From assembly GCF_006345805.1 (NCBI RefSeq), contig NW_021832633.1:1-53802 (forward strand): 53,802 bases of DNA. Direction: 5' to 3'. This document shows positions 38,367 to 51,246 of this stretch, piece by piece. The DNA comes from Octopus sinensis (taxonomy: Eukaryota). The stretch's first letter is position 1; each line of letters begins with the position of its first letter. The notes beneath the pieces were generated by a model. That model was not told the origin of the DNA and did no database searches. It was given only the letters and a program-made list of their open reading frames with translations. The position numbers and the translations under genes were made by a program.

Positions 38367-41300
38367 ATGGTCAAGATTGGTTGTGTGAATGCGCGTGGCT
38401 TGGGGTCTCCTTGGAAACAAGGATACCTCCTAAATGACATCAAGTCACATGATTTGGGAATCATAGCCATAAGTGAGACCAGACTCCACGAGCCACGGGC
38501 CCTAAAGTCCATGTTTGGCGGACAGTTTAACATTTATTTCGCTCCCTGTCTGCCGAGGATGGGCGGTAGTGGCACCGCGGTACTTTTTCACAAGAGCCTG
38601 GATCTCGAAGTCAAGACGATATTCGTAGACCCGGATGTTGACGGCAGCAATGGGTGCGCTTTTCGACTCGTATCAGTCTACGCACCGCCCTTAACAGGTC
38701 GGGCGGATTTCTTTCGACGTCTAGAAGTATTCTTGGGAACGTCTCGTCCTTTACTCTTAGTGGGGGATTGGAATGCTACCTTGGACACGCATGTAGACTA
38801 CGTGGGTAGAGACAGAAACAGAGGGGATGCAAATGCCTCAGAGACCTGCTCAGACGATTCCAACTGTCTGACAGGTACCGACTCGACCACCCAAATGCAC
38901 CACCAACGTGGACATGGAGCAACCGCAGTGGGTCGTCGAGATCGTATCTAGATAGGATACTGTGTAGGACAGTAGACAAGGATAACTTAGGATGTCCACA
39001 ATTCCACACAGTCAGCTACACGGATCACAAATTGGTGACGTGTACGCTAGACTTAGATAAGGCACATAGACAGGGTCCTGGGTACTGGAAACTGAACGCA
39101 TCATTCCCGTCCAGACAAGTTTTCAGAGACCGGATTAGCACACTAGTAAAGAGGGCTTTGACGGGAGCCATCATCAACAACAAATGGTGGTTTGCCCTCA
39201 AGAGAGCAGTAAAAGCAGAAGCGATTAGGTACAGCAAAGCACTAGCCATAGATAGAAATAGAGTAGAGGTGAGCTAGTTAAGAAGCTAGAAGAGGCAATT
39301 AGAAGCGGCATCGCATCCGACGTTTTGGCGGCGAGGTTGGCCCTCGACCAACACTTCAACGCCAAACACGAAGGATGTGCTGTCAGAGCTAGGATGCGTG
39401 CTCTAAGGAACGAAGGTGTTGGAGCCGCGAGAGAGGCCCGGTGGCAGAGGCGCAACAGGGCAACAAAGCCACCATTCGGTCACTGGTAGATGAACAGGGG
39501 CGCGAATTGCTCGAGCCAAGTAAAATGTGTGAGGCCTTTCAGCAGCATTTTGCCCGACTGTTCGGGACGAGTGGAGGGCAAGAACGTAGGGTAGACTTCA
39601 GTGCCTACCTACATAGCCTGCCACGACTCTCGACAAGAAAGGCAGGGTGCTGCGAAGGTGCCATCACGGCGGCGGAAGTGCGGGAAGCGATGGCAGAATG
39701 CTCGAGGGACAAATCACCGGGTTTGGATGGTCTACCCTACGAATTTTACTATTGTATGCCAGACTTGTTTGGAGACGTCTTGGCAGCGGTATACTGCAAC
39801 TGGCAGCAAAACGGGAGCATACCCGGTTTTGTGAGTCGAGGAGCTGTAACTCTGCTGAAGAAAGATCCAAACAAGGGAAACATTATAGATAACTTTAGGC
39901 CAATCACTCTGCTCAATGCAGACCTGAAAATTTTGACAAAGGTGTTAGCCAAGAGGTTGGCGCTTGTCATGGAGAAACTGGTCGACAACGCACAAACGTG
40001 CGCCGTGCCGGGCCGGCATCCATGACAACCTCCATCTGATGCGCTACATCATAGACAGGGTAGTTAACGAACCTGGCATGGGTGGGGCCTGATCAACTTG
40101 GATCAATCGAAAGCCTTTGATAGGGTAGACCATCGATACTTGGAGGCAGTCCTGAGAGCGCTGGTTTCGGTCCCGTCTTCCGCGGCTGGATAGCTGCCTT
40201 GTACAGAGGCATCCGTTCGGTAATTCGCGTAAATGGACATCTATCGAGACCCTTCGACATTGCACGTTCGGTCCGTCAGGGATGCCCCCTCTCGGCGCTT
40301 CTATACGTATTGACTCTTGAGCCACTACTGCGGAAGCTGGCGACTCTGAGGGGCATCCCGCGAGAATTAGGATGCGGGACGAGCGTGTCTGCATACGCGG
40401 ACGACGTCACCGTCATAGTGTCAAGCCACGAGCACATCGAGCGGGTCGGCGAGACACTGAAAGACTACGAAGCGGTGACAGGAGCAAAAATCAACCGGGA
40501 AAAGTCAGTGGGCTTGCGGCTCGGCACCTGGAGAAGCAAGCCCATGCCGTCCACCAGTACCTCCGTCGTGGGACGCTCGACGAGTTTTGCTGCTCGGGGT
40601 CTGGTTCGGTCCGGACCTCCAAATGGAGAAGAACTGGAACGAGATAACGAGTAGGGTGGTCACTCTCGCCCAGCAATGGGCCGAGAGGAAACTGTCCCTA
40701 AAAGGTCGGGCGGAGGTGGTGAACGCGTACATCGCGTCCATCATCTACTACCGCCTGACCGTCGTACCTTGTCCCGACCCTACCATCACCAAACTAGAAC
40801 GCATCCTCTTCCGCTTCTTGTGGAAAGGATGCGTCCCGATGGTCAGGCGATCCATTTGCTGTCAACAACCCGTTAAAAGGAGGGCTGGGCATGCCGTGGT
40901 TGATGATGCGCAGACACGCGCTGAGACTGCGACATCTCCGGCTCTATGTAGACGACGGTGAACAGGTGTGGTCGCCGTTTGTGAGGCACGCATTCCCGCA
41001 ACTCGTCTCCATGACCGAACTACAGTCGTGGATCAAAAAGAGGCCGAGAAGGGCGAATGGCACCGCGAGTGTCGCGTTGCTCTCAAGCAACTCTGCCGTC
41101 CCGGTCGACCTTGAGTGACTTCAACACAACAACCAAAGCATTCTATAGGGGATTAGTGGAGGGGAGGTACGACGACGAGCTCGGGGCAACCTGGGCGTCG
41201 ACGAGGAATACCTGACCCGCCTGTTTCAAACGACTTTCGGCCCGGGACCTATGGACAACTTCCAGAGATCCCTGCCTGGCGGTGCTACCGAGAAGCGCTA

Positions 41301-41767
41301 CCCGTTCGGGATAAGCTCTATAGGCATGGCTCGAGAAACACGGGGCCGACCTGCCCGAGATGCGGGCAGAGCGACGAACCGCTCTGCACGCAATCGTGCA
41401 GTGTCCAGCAATTTCCACCTGTGGGCTTATGTCGAACGACTGCTGTCACGTGTGGGACGTGTCGGTTTATCAGCCGAGTCTATCGTTAATATCGTCACGC
41501 CTCCTTCCTTCAAACGGGAAGGAAGAGCTATTTTTATCATACTTGTGGCTATGGCGAAAGAATGTATCTGGTGGACGCGTCTGAAAGGATTAGAGACAAA
41601 CACTTTCCTCTCTGGTCAATCTCTCATCACACTTCTTCAAGTATTACTTGAAGAAAAAGTGAGAGTAGAGAGGCAAGTTTTGTCTAGTGAATGTTTTAAA
41701 AAAAGATGGTGAATGTAGCAAGGATGGCACGTATGAATGACGAGCCACCTTGACTATGATTCTATGA
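38367..41767 (+). CDS. ORF2 of copy 2 (APE+RT+CCHC), many frameshifts and a 21-nt in-frame deletion
   Basis: Same motifs as copy 1; YADD at 40394-40405. Confidence 0.9.
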
Positions 41768-42171
41768 ACCGTAAAAATAATACAGAGAGTTGCTTATTTG
41801 CAAAAAAAAAAAAAAAAAAAATATAACATGTGACTTCATTGACCGAGGTTACCGTGGTCTTTTCCGTAGGCTTTCTTTCCACGGGTAAACCTCACCTGTC
41901 CTCCCCTTTACACTTCATATTGACATTTCTGTGATAACGATCCCTATTGATCAATTTTTTTCCTCTCCCCCTTTTTTTTAACCCCCCTTTTTTTTTTGTC
42001 CTCTTCTCTCCTTTTACGATCCCTTTTGATCGACCCCCCCTTTTTTATTTTACTTTTATTTTATTTTTTATTTTTTATTTTTTATTTTTAAACCTTCAAA
42101 AGAAAAGCTCTACCTTGTAATTTGTTCTATTTCTGTGCAGCCCTGTGTGGCTAATAAAGAAACATAAAGAA

Positions 42172-42223
42172 CATCTCTATCTATCTATCTATCTATTTGT
42201 CTATCTATCTATCTGTCTATCCG

Positions 42224-42315
<92 letters not shown>
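42172..42315. repeat. (CTAT)n tract 3, right flank of copy 2
   Basis: Read directly. Confidence 0.97.
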
Positions 42316-42316
<1 letters not shown>

Positions 42317-43239
42317 ATAGGCATCTGTATGTCTAGCTATATATATATATATATATATATACACGCGCACACACACAAACACACACACATACATATATCG
42401 ATGTACTAAAATAGCCTTCTACATAGAAAGTTCCTTACTTTTAACCTAATAGACGCATTGGACCTTAGACGCCAGTTGTATACCCTTTCTTCTTTCGATT
42501 TTAGTGGAAATTAAAACACTAATTCTATTTTACAACAAGCTTAGTAAAGGATGCATAATTTAAATAGTGGTTTGCAAACACTCACACACTCCCATGCACA
42601 CACACACACACACACACATACATACATATAGATATCTATGCAGAGGGAGAGAGAGAGGGAGAAAGGGAGGGAGAAAGTGAACGAGCGAGCAAAAAAGAGA
42701 TCTAAAAAGGAAAGATGGAGAAATTTAGCATAGGGACATACAAACGAAAATATGGAATGCATCAATACATGTCAGAGTGACAAAGAAACAAGGAAGGTGC
42801 CAGGTGGTTGTGGGATATGCTAGAAACAATAGCTAAATCTCCCTTAAATCACATACGTTTTCGTCACAGAAAATTATTTCGAAATTATAAACCGAAACAA
42901 ATTGCAAATTCGAACTATCTGTATTTTAGAATTATGATTGCAAAAAATAAATTAGAAACAAGCAGAAATTTTGGGATCTATAAGTAGGGAGGGGGAGGCG
43001 GGGTCAATGGAAAAACTTCACTATTATTTTCTAATTACGTCTCAGTTTCTGTTTGAAAATAAAAGAATTGGGGGTTGTAATGGCAATCGCCAATTTTCAA
43101 AACCAAGTTTTTTAACCGACGAGGCTTCTCCCATCGTTTTTATGTGCGTAGTACGAACAAAAATAAAGAAAAAAACCAAAACGAGTGGGCAAAGTCGGTA
43201 CTGAGAGGTGGAAGGGATGTAGAAAATCTCCCTTTCTCT

Positions 43240-43654
43240 CTTTTCTCTCTTTTCTCTCTTTTACTTGTTTCAGTTATTTGACTGAGGCCATGCTGGAGCA
43301 CCACCTTCTGGTCGAGTAAATCGACCCCAGGACTTATTCTTTGTAAGCCTAGTACTTATTCTATCAGTCTCTTTTGCTGAACCGCTAAGTTACGGGGACA
43401 TAAACACACCAGCATCGGTTATCAAGCAATGGTGGGGGGACAAACACAGACACACAAACATATACACACATACATATATATACATATATACGACGGGCTT
43501 CTTCCAGTTTCCGTCTACCAAATCCACTCACAAGGATTTGGTCGGCCCGAGGCTATAGTAGAAAACACTTGCCCAAGGTGCCACGCAGTGGGAATGAACC
43601 CGGAACCATGTGGTTGGTAAGCAAGCTACTTACCACACAGCCACTCCTGCGCCT
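43240..43654 (-). mobile_element. Family B SINE, full length
   Basis: Head ...cacacagccactcctgcgcct at 43654; (ttttctctc)n tail. Confidence 0.9.
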
Positions 43655-44072
43655 TTTTCCACCATAAAGCCATCTCCCATTGTTTGTAAGTGCGTAATGC
43701 AAGAATGAAGAAAGGGACAAAATCGGTCAAGAAAGGATAAAAGTGGGGATTCATGAATTTTCTAAAGTTTCCTTTCATTCAAAGCTTCCCCTTATCATTT
43801 GAAAGGGTGTGGTAAAAATATTTAAAAATTCTCGTCAAAACGGAGAATGTCCAACTTATGTGAGCGGGCTGTTCCAGAAGTCTGACAAGGCATTCTACTG
43901 TGAAAATTGCTGGGCAACGACGTGATATTCAGCAAATACACACACACGGGGACAAACACCGCTGCGTGGTCGATTTGCTTATTAGAAATTGGAGTCAAAT
44001 TTCTTCCAAATATATATCTATAACTGAAACAAATTTGAACGTAGGTCTACTATAACTAGATGGTGGATGGAA

Positions 44073-44447
44073 GCACTCCGTCGGTTACGACGATGAGGGT
44101 TCCGGTTGATCCGAATCAACGGAACAGCCTGCTCGTGAAATTAACGTGTAAGTGGCTGAGCACTCCACAGACACGTGCACCCTTAACGTAGTTCTCGGGG
44201 ATATTCAGCGTGACACAGAGAATGACAAGGCCGGCCCCTTGAAATACAGGTACAACAGAAACAGGAAGTAAGAGAAAGTTGTGGTGAAAGAGTACAGCAG
44301 GGATCACCACCATCCCCTGCCGGAGCCTCGTGGAGCTTTTAGGTGTTTTCGCTCAATAAACACTCACAACGCCCGGTCTGGGAATCGAAACCGCGATCCT
44401 ATGACCGCGAGTCCGCTGCCCTAACCACTGGGCCATTGCGCCTCCAC
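44073..44447 (-). mobile_element. Family D SINE, full length
   Basis: Head gtggaggcgcaatggcccagtggttagggcagcgg, the same head and body as 16704, tail ...cgtaaccgacggagtgc. Confidence 0.9.
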
Positions 44448-44697
44448 TATTATAATTAGATATACCTGAAGCTAAACAACAACGTCAAAGCCATCGTGGA
44501 AGTTCCATTTGTCTTTCCAAATCTGTCTCAGGCGACAACCTTGTGTTTTAAACATGGAATGATATATTGGATATTTTTGTCGTAGATACTATTTAGAGAA
44601 CATTTCGGCGATGATAGTTATGAGTGGAATGTCTTTGGTCGTAGGCTTGTTCGTTCAAAGTCGACGACTAAATAACAACGATGAGGATGAGGATGAT

Positions 44698-44755
<58 letters not shown>

Positions 44756-44934
44756 CTAAAACAAGAAATACGCTGCAAAAGAACGAGAGCAACAATAAGG
44801 TTGCCAACAAAATGACAATAAATAAAGCAACAGAAATATTTAAATTGACATGAGGTCGCGATCAAAGAAAAAGAAAGATAGAATAGTACAATTAGAGAGA
44901 GACAGAGAGAAAGAGACAGACAGACAGAGACAGA

Positions 44935-45002
44935 GAAATAGAAAGAAAGAAAGAAAGAAAGAAAGAAAAAGAGAAAAAGAAAGAAAGAAAGAAAGAAAGA
45001 AA

Positions 45003-45034
<32 letters not shown>

Positions 45035-45172
45035 AAAAGAAAGAAAGAAAGAAAGAAAGAAAAAAAGAAAGAAAGAAAGAAAGAGAAAGAAAGAAAGAAG
45101 AAAGAAAAAGAAAGAAAGAAAGAAAAGAAAGAAAGAAAGAAAAGAAAGAAAGAAAAGAAAGAAAGAAAGAAA
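44935..45172. repeat. (GAAA)n microsatellite
   Basis: Read directly; the K/E/R-rich ORF over it is an artefact. Confidence 0.97.
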
Positions 45173-45752
45173 TATAAAATAATAAATAATATATAAAATG
45201 ACAGTTGGAAACAGAGATCATTTTGTGAGAATCTATTGATCGCATTTTCGGTGTATATTTTTAGGTGGCCATCATAAATTTTGTCAGTCTCCGATTCCTT
45301 GTGAGTTATGTTTTCATAAGTAGGTATCAGACTTGTTCTGATGCACTGAGTTCATCGCCTTCGCCGCCAACATCGTAGTTACTCGCTTTTCCCTCATTTT
45401 TCCTTTCTATTTTCGATTTTCATTGTTATTTACTTCCTTCACATTTGCCTCACGTTTACAATAAAATTGTCTCAGTGCTGCATTATACAAACCTGTTTGA
45501 GACAGTTGTAAACGCATTGAATGTATTGTATTTTACGAAAAGCGACGAAGTATTTACGTGGTAACTTGACCTACAAGAATAAACAATTCAATCTCTTTCA
45601 AACCCTACCCTTATTGTCTTTAGATAAAAACACTAGATTATATTGTCCTTCTTGTCCTAAAATACGAAGAAGCTTACTGTTAAACAAATTTATTTGTACA
45701 GGTCTGGTTAATCAGAATTAAAATGGAGCTAAGTAGTATCAATATCTTTTGT

Positions 45753-46325
45753 AAGGCGGCGAGCTGGCAGAATCGTTAACATGCCGTGCAAAATGTGGCA
45801 TGTCCGTCTGTATTTTCTGAGTTCAAATTCCATCAATATCGACACTGTCTTTCATTCTTGTGGTGTCGATAAAAAAAATATCAGTTGAGCATAAGGGTCG
45901 ACTTAACTCCTCTACCAAAATTTCTGACCTTGTACCAAAATTTGAAACCAAAGGCAGTGAGCTGGCAGTATCGTTAGCACGCCGGACAAAATGCTTATTT
46001 CGTCCGTCTTAACATTCTGAGATCAAATTCCGCCAAGGTCAACTTTCATCCTTTCATCCTTTCGAAGTCTATGAACAGGGGTTGATGCAGTCAATATATC
46101 TCCTTCTCCGAAATCACTGACCATGAGTCACAATTTGAAACCAATACTTTATCTTTCGTTAACACGGCGAGTTAGCAGAATCGTTAGCACACCCGGGAAA
46201 AATGCTTAGCAACATTTTTTTTGTTCTTATTTACGTTCCGAATTCAAATTCCGCCGAGGGTCGATGTAACCGATTTCCCACTCCCCGGAAAATGCTGGCC
46301 TTGTTCCACAATTTGAAACCAATAT
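45753..46325 (+). mobile_element. Three decayed family A-related SINEs in tandem (heads at ~45753, 45951, 46164)
   Basis: Repeated ggc(g/a)g(c/t)gag(c/t)t(g/a)gcag heads and caaaatttgaaacca tails. Confidence 0.7.
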
Positions 46326-47801
46326 CTTATTATTCGTTACAATTTCATTCACATCAAAGAAGTATTAAAAGAATTCGCATTGGCTCTAGGACTTCTCTGG
46401 TACTTTTTATTGCGACCAGAAATGATAACAAGCCAAGTTGACTTGGGAGAGATTTCAACTCAGAATATAATTAAATATCCAAGGAGTTTTCTCCAACACT
46501 TTATCGACTCTGCCATCTAAAATATGATGAAATATATAGAGAGAATGGGGTGTGATACATTGATCGTTTTCAACACTTTAGTCTTTCTTATATGTTTCCA
46601 GTAGAAAAAATTACGCTGTGTCCTTTTTTCTCTGTTCCGTTCCTTTATAACCGTTGCTAAATATTATTCTAATTTCAGTTTGCTAACAAATGAATGCAGG
46701 AATATCAAATATTAGCTACTGAGAGAGTGTAGTAATTCTACATATAGTGCTGGGGTCACGATCATAAATTTATAAGTTCATTTCCTGGCCGGAGCGACGC
46801 GTTGTGTCCTTTAATCAAGGCGCTATATTACACGTTGCTCTATTGTTGGTGCAACCATCTCTCCCTCCATATCACGCCGGAGTAATGTGTGTGAATATAG
46901 CGAGGGTATTTATGTTTGCTCGCCACTATATAAGAACCTAAGCAAAAGAAAAAAAAACAGTTTAAGTATAATACATGCAACTAGACATACTCACTTGCGA
47001 GTGACGGCAATGGTTTGGGTGCTTTAGTATCATAAGAGATTACTGAATTTAATGTTCCCTCTATGCTATTTAGTTATGTTTCTATCTATAACGTATCACA
47101 AAACCCACTAAATGCAGAAGGTCGTTCATATTGTTATGTGCATAAAGAAATTCACTGTATCAAACACACATACAGAACATTAGTAATAACTTGTGATATA
47201 GAATGTATTTTCCGTAATGCGGTGTATTCTCAAATAGTGACGGGTCTCTTGGTAAATAGTACGGCTAACATCCAAACAAGTTGCTTCTGAGCAAATACTC
47301 TACCCTTACAGTACCTCAACCAAAGAGAATGCACGTTTGGGTGCTATCTCCGGTCTCCAAATTTATCAGCTGGTCTTTGTGTTCTGTACCTAGAAAACTT
47401 TTAGTTAAGGGACCTTGATCTGTTAGAAATAACTGCTAAGTAGTCCATAATTTTCATTATTGTCTTGTGAATCGTTTTGAACGAAGCATAGGGGATAGTC
47501 CCAGATACACTGCCTAAAGAATGCATTTGTTAATATAGTTCTAAATCAAAAGCATAGGCTGGACCTGATTTGAATATCTTTGAGAATACACCTACACGAT
47601 CAGTCGTGTCCAGGGATTGAACAAGAACGGATCTGAAAACATCAAATTCCCTGCAATTTGAACTATAGTCTCTAAACAAAGATTTGCTGCCAGCTGATTA
47701 ACCTCAAGCCATTACTGCATTATATATATTATATATATATATCTCATAGAAATAGGTTTCAAAGAAAAAAGACTACACGTGCTGACATACACGCACGCAC
47801 A

Positions 47802-47832
<31 letters not shown>

Positions 47833-47950
47833 GATATCCTCATTATTAATATTTCTGCGAGCTATCTCTGACCTGTCACTTCCATTCTGAAACTGAAAAT
47901 ACGGCAGCATGTGAATCATTGATATTATATATATATATATACATATATAC

Positions 47951-48014
<64 letters not shown>

Positions 48015-49057
48015 TATATATATAATATATATATATATATAACAAATGGAAATGGCGGGCATGTGTATCTTAACATTGATGCTTATTCATCATGGCGGAT
48101 GGAGGCCATAGAACCTCTTCTAAGGCAACAAAAAAAAACCCTCTATTGACATCATTTACCCATTGTATTAATAATTCTTTGTTTCTTTTCTTTTTGAGCA
48201 AAAAAGTACGAATAAACAATATAGAATAAAGAATGGTAACGAATTCTTGTGTTAAATAAATGAAAACCTTTGATTATTTTTCTTACTCAGTGGAAAAAAC
48301 AAACCAGAATATAGATCTCTCTCTCTCTTTCTTGCTTTTATTTATTTTGTTATATTTTGAGGTTCGTTTAATTTTGTGTGTTTATCATTATGTTTATCTC
48401 ATGTTTTCTTATTTATTTATTTGTTTATTTATTTATTATTGTTGGTATGATTTGCTCATTAAATGGAGCAAGTAAAAAAAAGATAGCTAATGAAAAAGAA
48501 AGTAAAGAAACGTGAAAAATCAATACAGTTTGAGTCTAGAAAGGAGAGAAAGGCGAAGAATAAGTTAGCGGAGTAACAACATGAGCCAGTGAGAGAGTGA
48601 AAAAATGAGAGAAAGGGACAGACAGGAGTAGAAAGAGAAGGAAAGGGATGATGAGGAATAGGAGAGTTATGGGAAGGAATGATAGAGAAACAGACAGCTG
48701 GACGGACATCGTGTGAAAGGAAGTGGAACAGAGACATACCCAAATAAAGAGGGAGGGAAGGAGAGAGAGCAAGAGTGAGGTAGACAGGCAGAGAGAGAGA
48801 GAGAGAGAGGAGGGTGAGACAGAGACACAGAGAAAGAGAGAGTGCATAGAGAAAGTACAAAGTAAAGAAAGACTAAAATGAAAACTGTACGAAACTACGA
48901 AGCTAACCGAAGAGGGATCCTGCATCGTCCGTGGCTACGAGCTCAACTCGACAATTATTTATCTATTTATTTATTTATTTATTTATTCAATGATTCAAAT
49001 TTTCCTGTAAGTACGTCTATTATTAAATGTTATTATCAGCAATAGTATTATGCATTA

Positions 49058-49458
49058 CTAGCAGTATCGCCCGGCGTTGCTCGGGCTTGTAAGGGAAATA
49101 ACTATATAAGCATTTTTAGAGAGTTATAGCCAAAAGATAGCAAAAAAATGCATTAAAAATGGAAAAAAAATTATGGTAAATTGTTTTAAAAATCGTTGAC
49201 TCATCGTAGACATTTTTAGAGAGTTACTTCCCTCATATAATAGCGAAAAAAATGCATTAAAAGGGAAAAAAATGATGGTAATTTTTTTTTAAATCGTAGA
49301 CTCATCGTAGACGCGCGCTAATAACCCAGAAGGGCTCGATATGAATCACGACTATAAGATACCCGGTTTTGTTAAAAGCTGCACCGCAAAAATGTGGGAG
49401 TAGTTAGGAATCTAAATCGTAGGAGACAGACACACAACTTGACTTCTATATATAAAGA
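49058..49458 (-). mobile_element. Non-autonomous Helitron (401 bp)
   Basis: Minus strand has 5' TC (49458-49457), a 3' hairpin gcccg-agcaacgc-cgggc (49086-49069), terminal CTAG (49061-49058), and insertion between A and T. Confidence 0.85.
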
Positions 49459-49567
49459 TAATTAATACTATTACAATCAGTGTTATTTGCATTGTCGTTT
49501 TTGCTGTTATTTTCATCACACTGCTGTTGTAGGGTTTACTGTCTTGTTGCTCCAGAAGCAAATAAGA

Positions 49568-49705
49568 ACTTCTTCTTCTTCTTCTTCTCCTTCTTCTTCT
49601 TCTTCTTCTTCTTCTTCTTCTTCTTCTTCTTCTTCTTTCTCTTCTTCTTCTTCCTTTTCTTCTTCTTCTTCTTCTTCTTCTTCTTCTTCTCCTCCTCCTC
49701 CTCCT
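49568..49705. repeat. (CTT)n/(CCT)n microsatellite
   Basis: Read directly. Confidence 0.97.
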
Positions 49706-49944
49706 CCACATCCTCCTCCTACCTCAGAAACCTCAGCACAAATACCTGGCAGCAGCCCATCCGCCTTTACGTTCTGATTTCAAATTTCAACATGGTCGAC
49801 TTTCTCTTTTATCCTTTCGAGAGGGATAACATGTGTATCAACTGATTCACTGGGGTATATGCGATAGACTACCCCCACCCCACCCGAGAATTTCGAGTCT
49901 TGCGTCCCTAGTAGAAAGGACTATTCATTTCTATGTTTACGCCC

Positions 49945-50032
49945 TCGGGCATATGGCATAGTGGTTAAGAGTACTGGCTACTAACCCCAGGATTCCGAGT
50001 TCGATACCAAGCAGTGACCTGAACAATAACAA
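49945..50032 (+). mobile_element. Short tRNA-derived SINE head
   Basis: A-box tggcatagtgg, B-box gagttcgatacc, followed by an (AAT/AAC) tail. Confidence 0.6.
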
Positions 50033-50151
50033 TATTAATGATGATGACAATAATAATAATAATACTAACATCGAAATATACCTTAGGAATTGTGCCTATA
50101 TTAGAAAGGGTTATTATTATTATTATTATTATTATTATAATTATTATTATA

Positions 50152-50221
<70 letters not shown>

Positions 50222-50222
<1 letters not shown>

Positions 50223-50680
50223 AGGGCGGTGAACTGGCAGAATCGTTAGCACACTGAACGAAATGCTTAGCGCTATTTCTCCCGTCGCTACGTCCTGAGT
50301 TCAAAATTCGCCGAGGTCAACTTTACCTTTCATATTTTCGAGGTCGATAAATTAAGTACCAGTTACGCACTGGGGTCGATGTAATCGATTAACCTCCCTC
50401 CCCCAAATTTCTGTCCTTGTGCCTATAGTAGTAAGGATCATTATTATTATTATTATTATTATTATGAAGGCGACCTGCTAGAATCATTAGTGCATCGAAC
50501 AAAACGCTAAGTGTATTTCTTTCGGCTCTTAACGTTCTGAGTTCAAATACCTAGACGGCTATCTTTGCCTTTCATCTTTTCGGGGTCGATGAAATAAAGT
50601 ACAGGCCAAATAGTGGAGTCGATGTAATAGACTTACCCCCTCCACTCAAAATTCTTGGCCTTTGTCTCAAAACTGGAAGG
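50222..50680 (+). mobile_element. Two family A-related SINEs separated by (TTA)n
   Basis: Heads at ~50222 and ~50466. Confidence 0.75.
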
Positions 50681-50809
50681 AATTATTATTGTTATTGTTA
50701 TTGCTGTGTTCTCTTCTTGTTATTGCTGTATCTTGTTTTGGAGTCATCCTCATCATCGTCATCGCCTCACCGCCATTATTGTGGTTGCTGCTCCTGCTGG
50801 CCCTGTTGT

Positions 50810-50851
50810 TGTTGTTGTTATTATTATTATTATTATTATTACTATTATTAC

Positions 50852-50895
<44 letters not shown>

Positions 50896-51022
50896 TATTA
50901 TTATTATATTATCCATTCATCATCCTCATTATCATCATTATTTATTATATTATTATTATTATTATTATTACTATTATTATATTCTTTATTATTATCATCA
51001 TATTATTATCAATATTATTATG

Positions 51023-51070
<48 letters not shown>

Positions 51071-51246
51071 GTTATTATTACTATTATATTATATTATTAT
51101 TATTATTATCATTATTATTATTACTATTTTTAGTATTATATTATTATTATTATTATCATTATTATTATTACTATTATTATTATATATTATTATATTATTA
51201 TTATTATGCTGTTGTTGTTGTTGTTGTTGTGTTTGTGTTGTTGTTG
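50810..51246. repeat. (TTA)n/(TTG)n low-complexity block
   Basis: Read directly. Confidence 0.95.

Larger units (their letters stand above)
35999..42171 (+). mobile_element. Full-length Tx1-clade non-LTR retrotransposon, copy 2
   Basis: Colinear with copy 1 (offset ~6.4 kb); same 5' end ctcgacatggacggacgc and 3' end cataaagaa. Confidence 0.93.

Noticed and set aside
29591-42171. The LINE pair as a pure assembly duplication
   Set aside because: A 21-nt microhomology deletion, several substitutions and different microsatellite tracts argue for two molecules. Haplotype stacking is still not excluded without reads.
43806-43947. Cys-containing peptide GECPTY...FYCENCW as a zinc-finger exon
   Set aside because: It is short and bounded by stops, with a weak acceptor and no recognisable Cys spacing.
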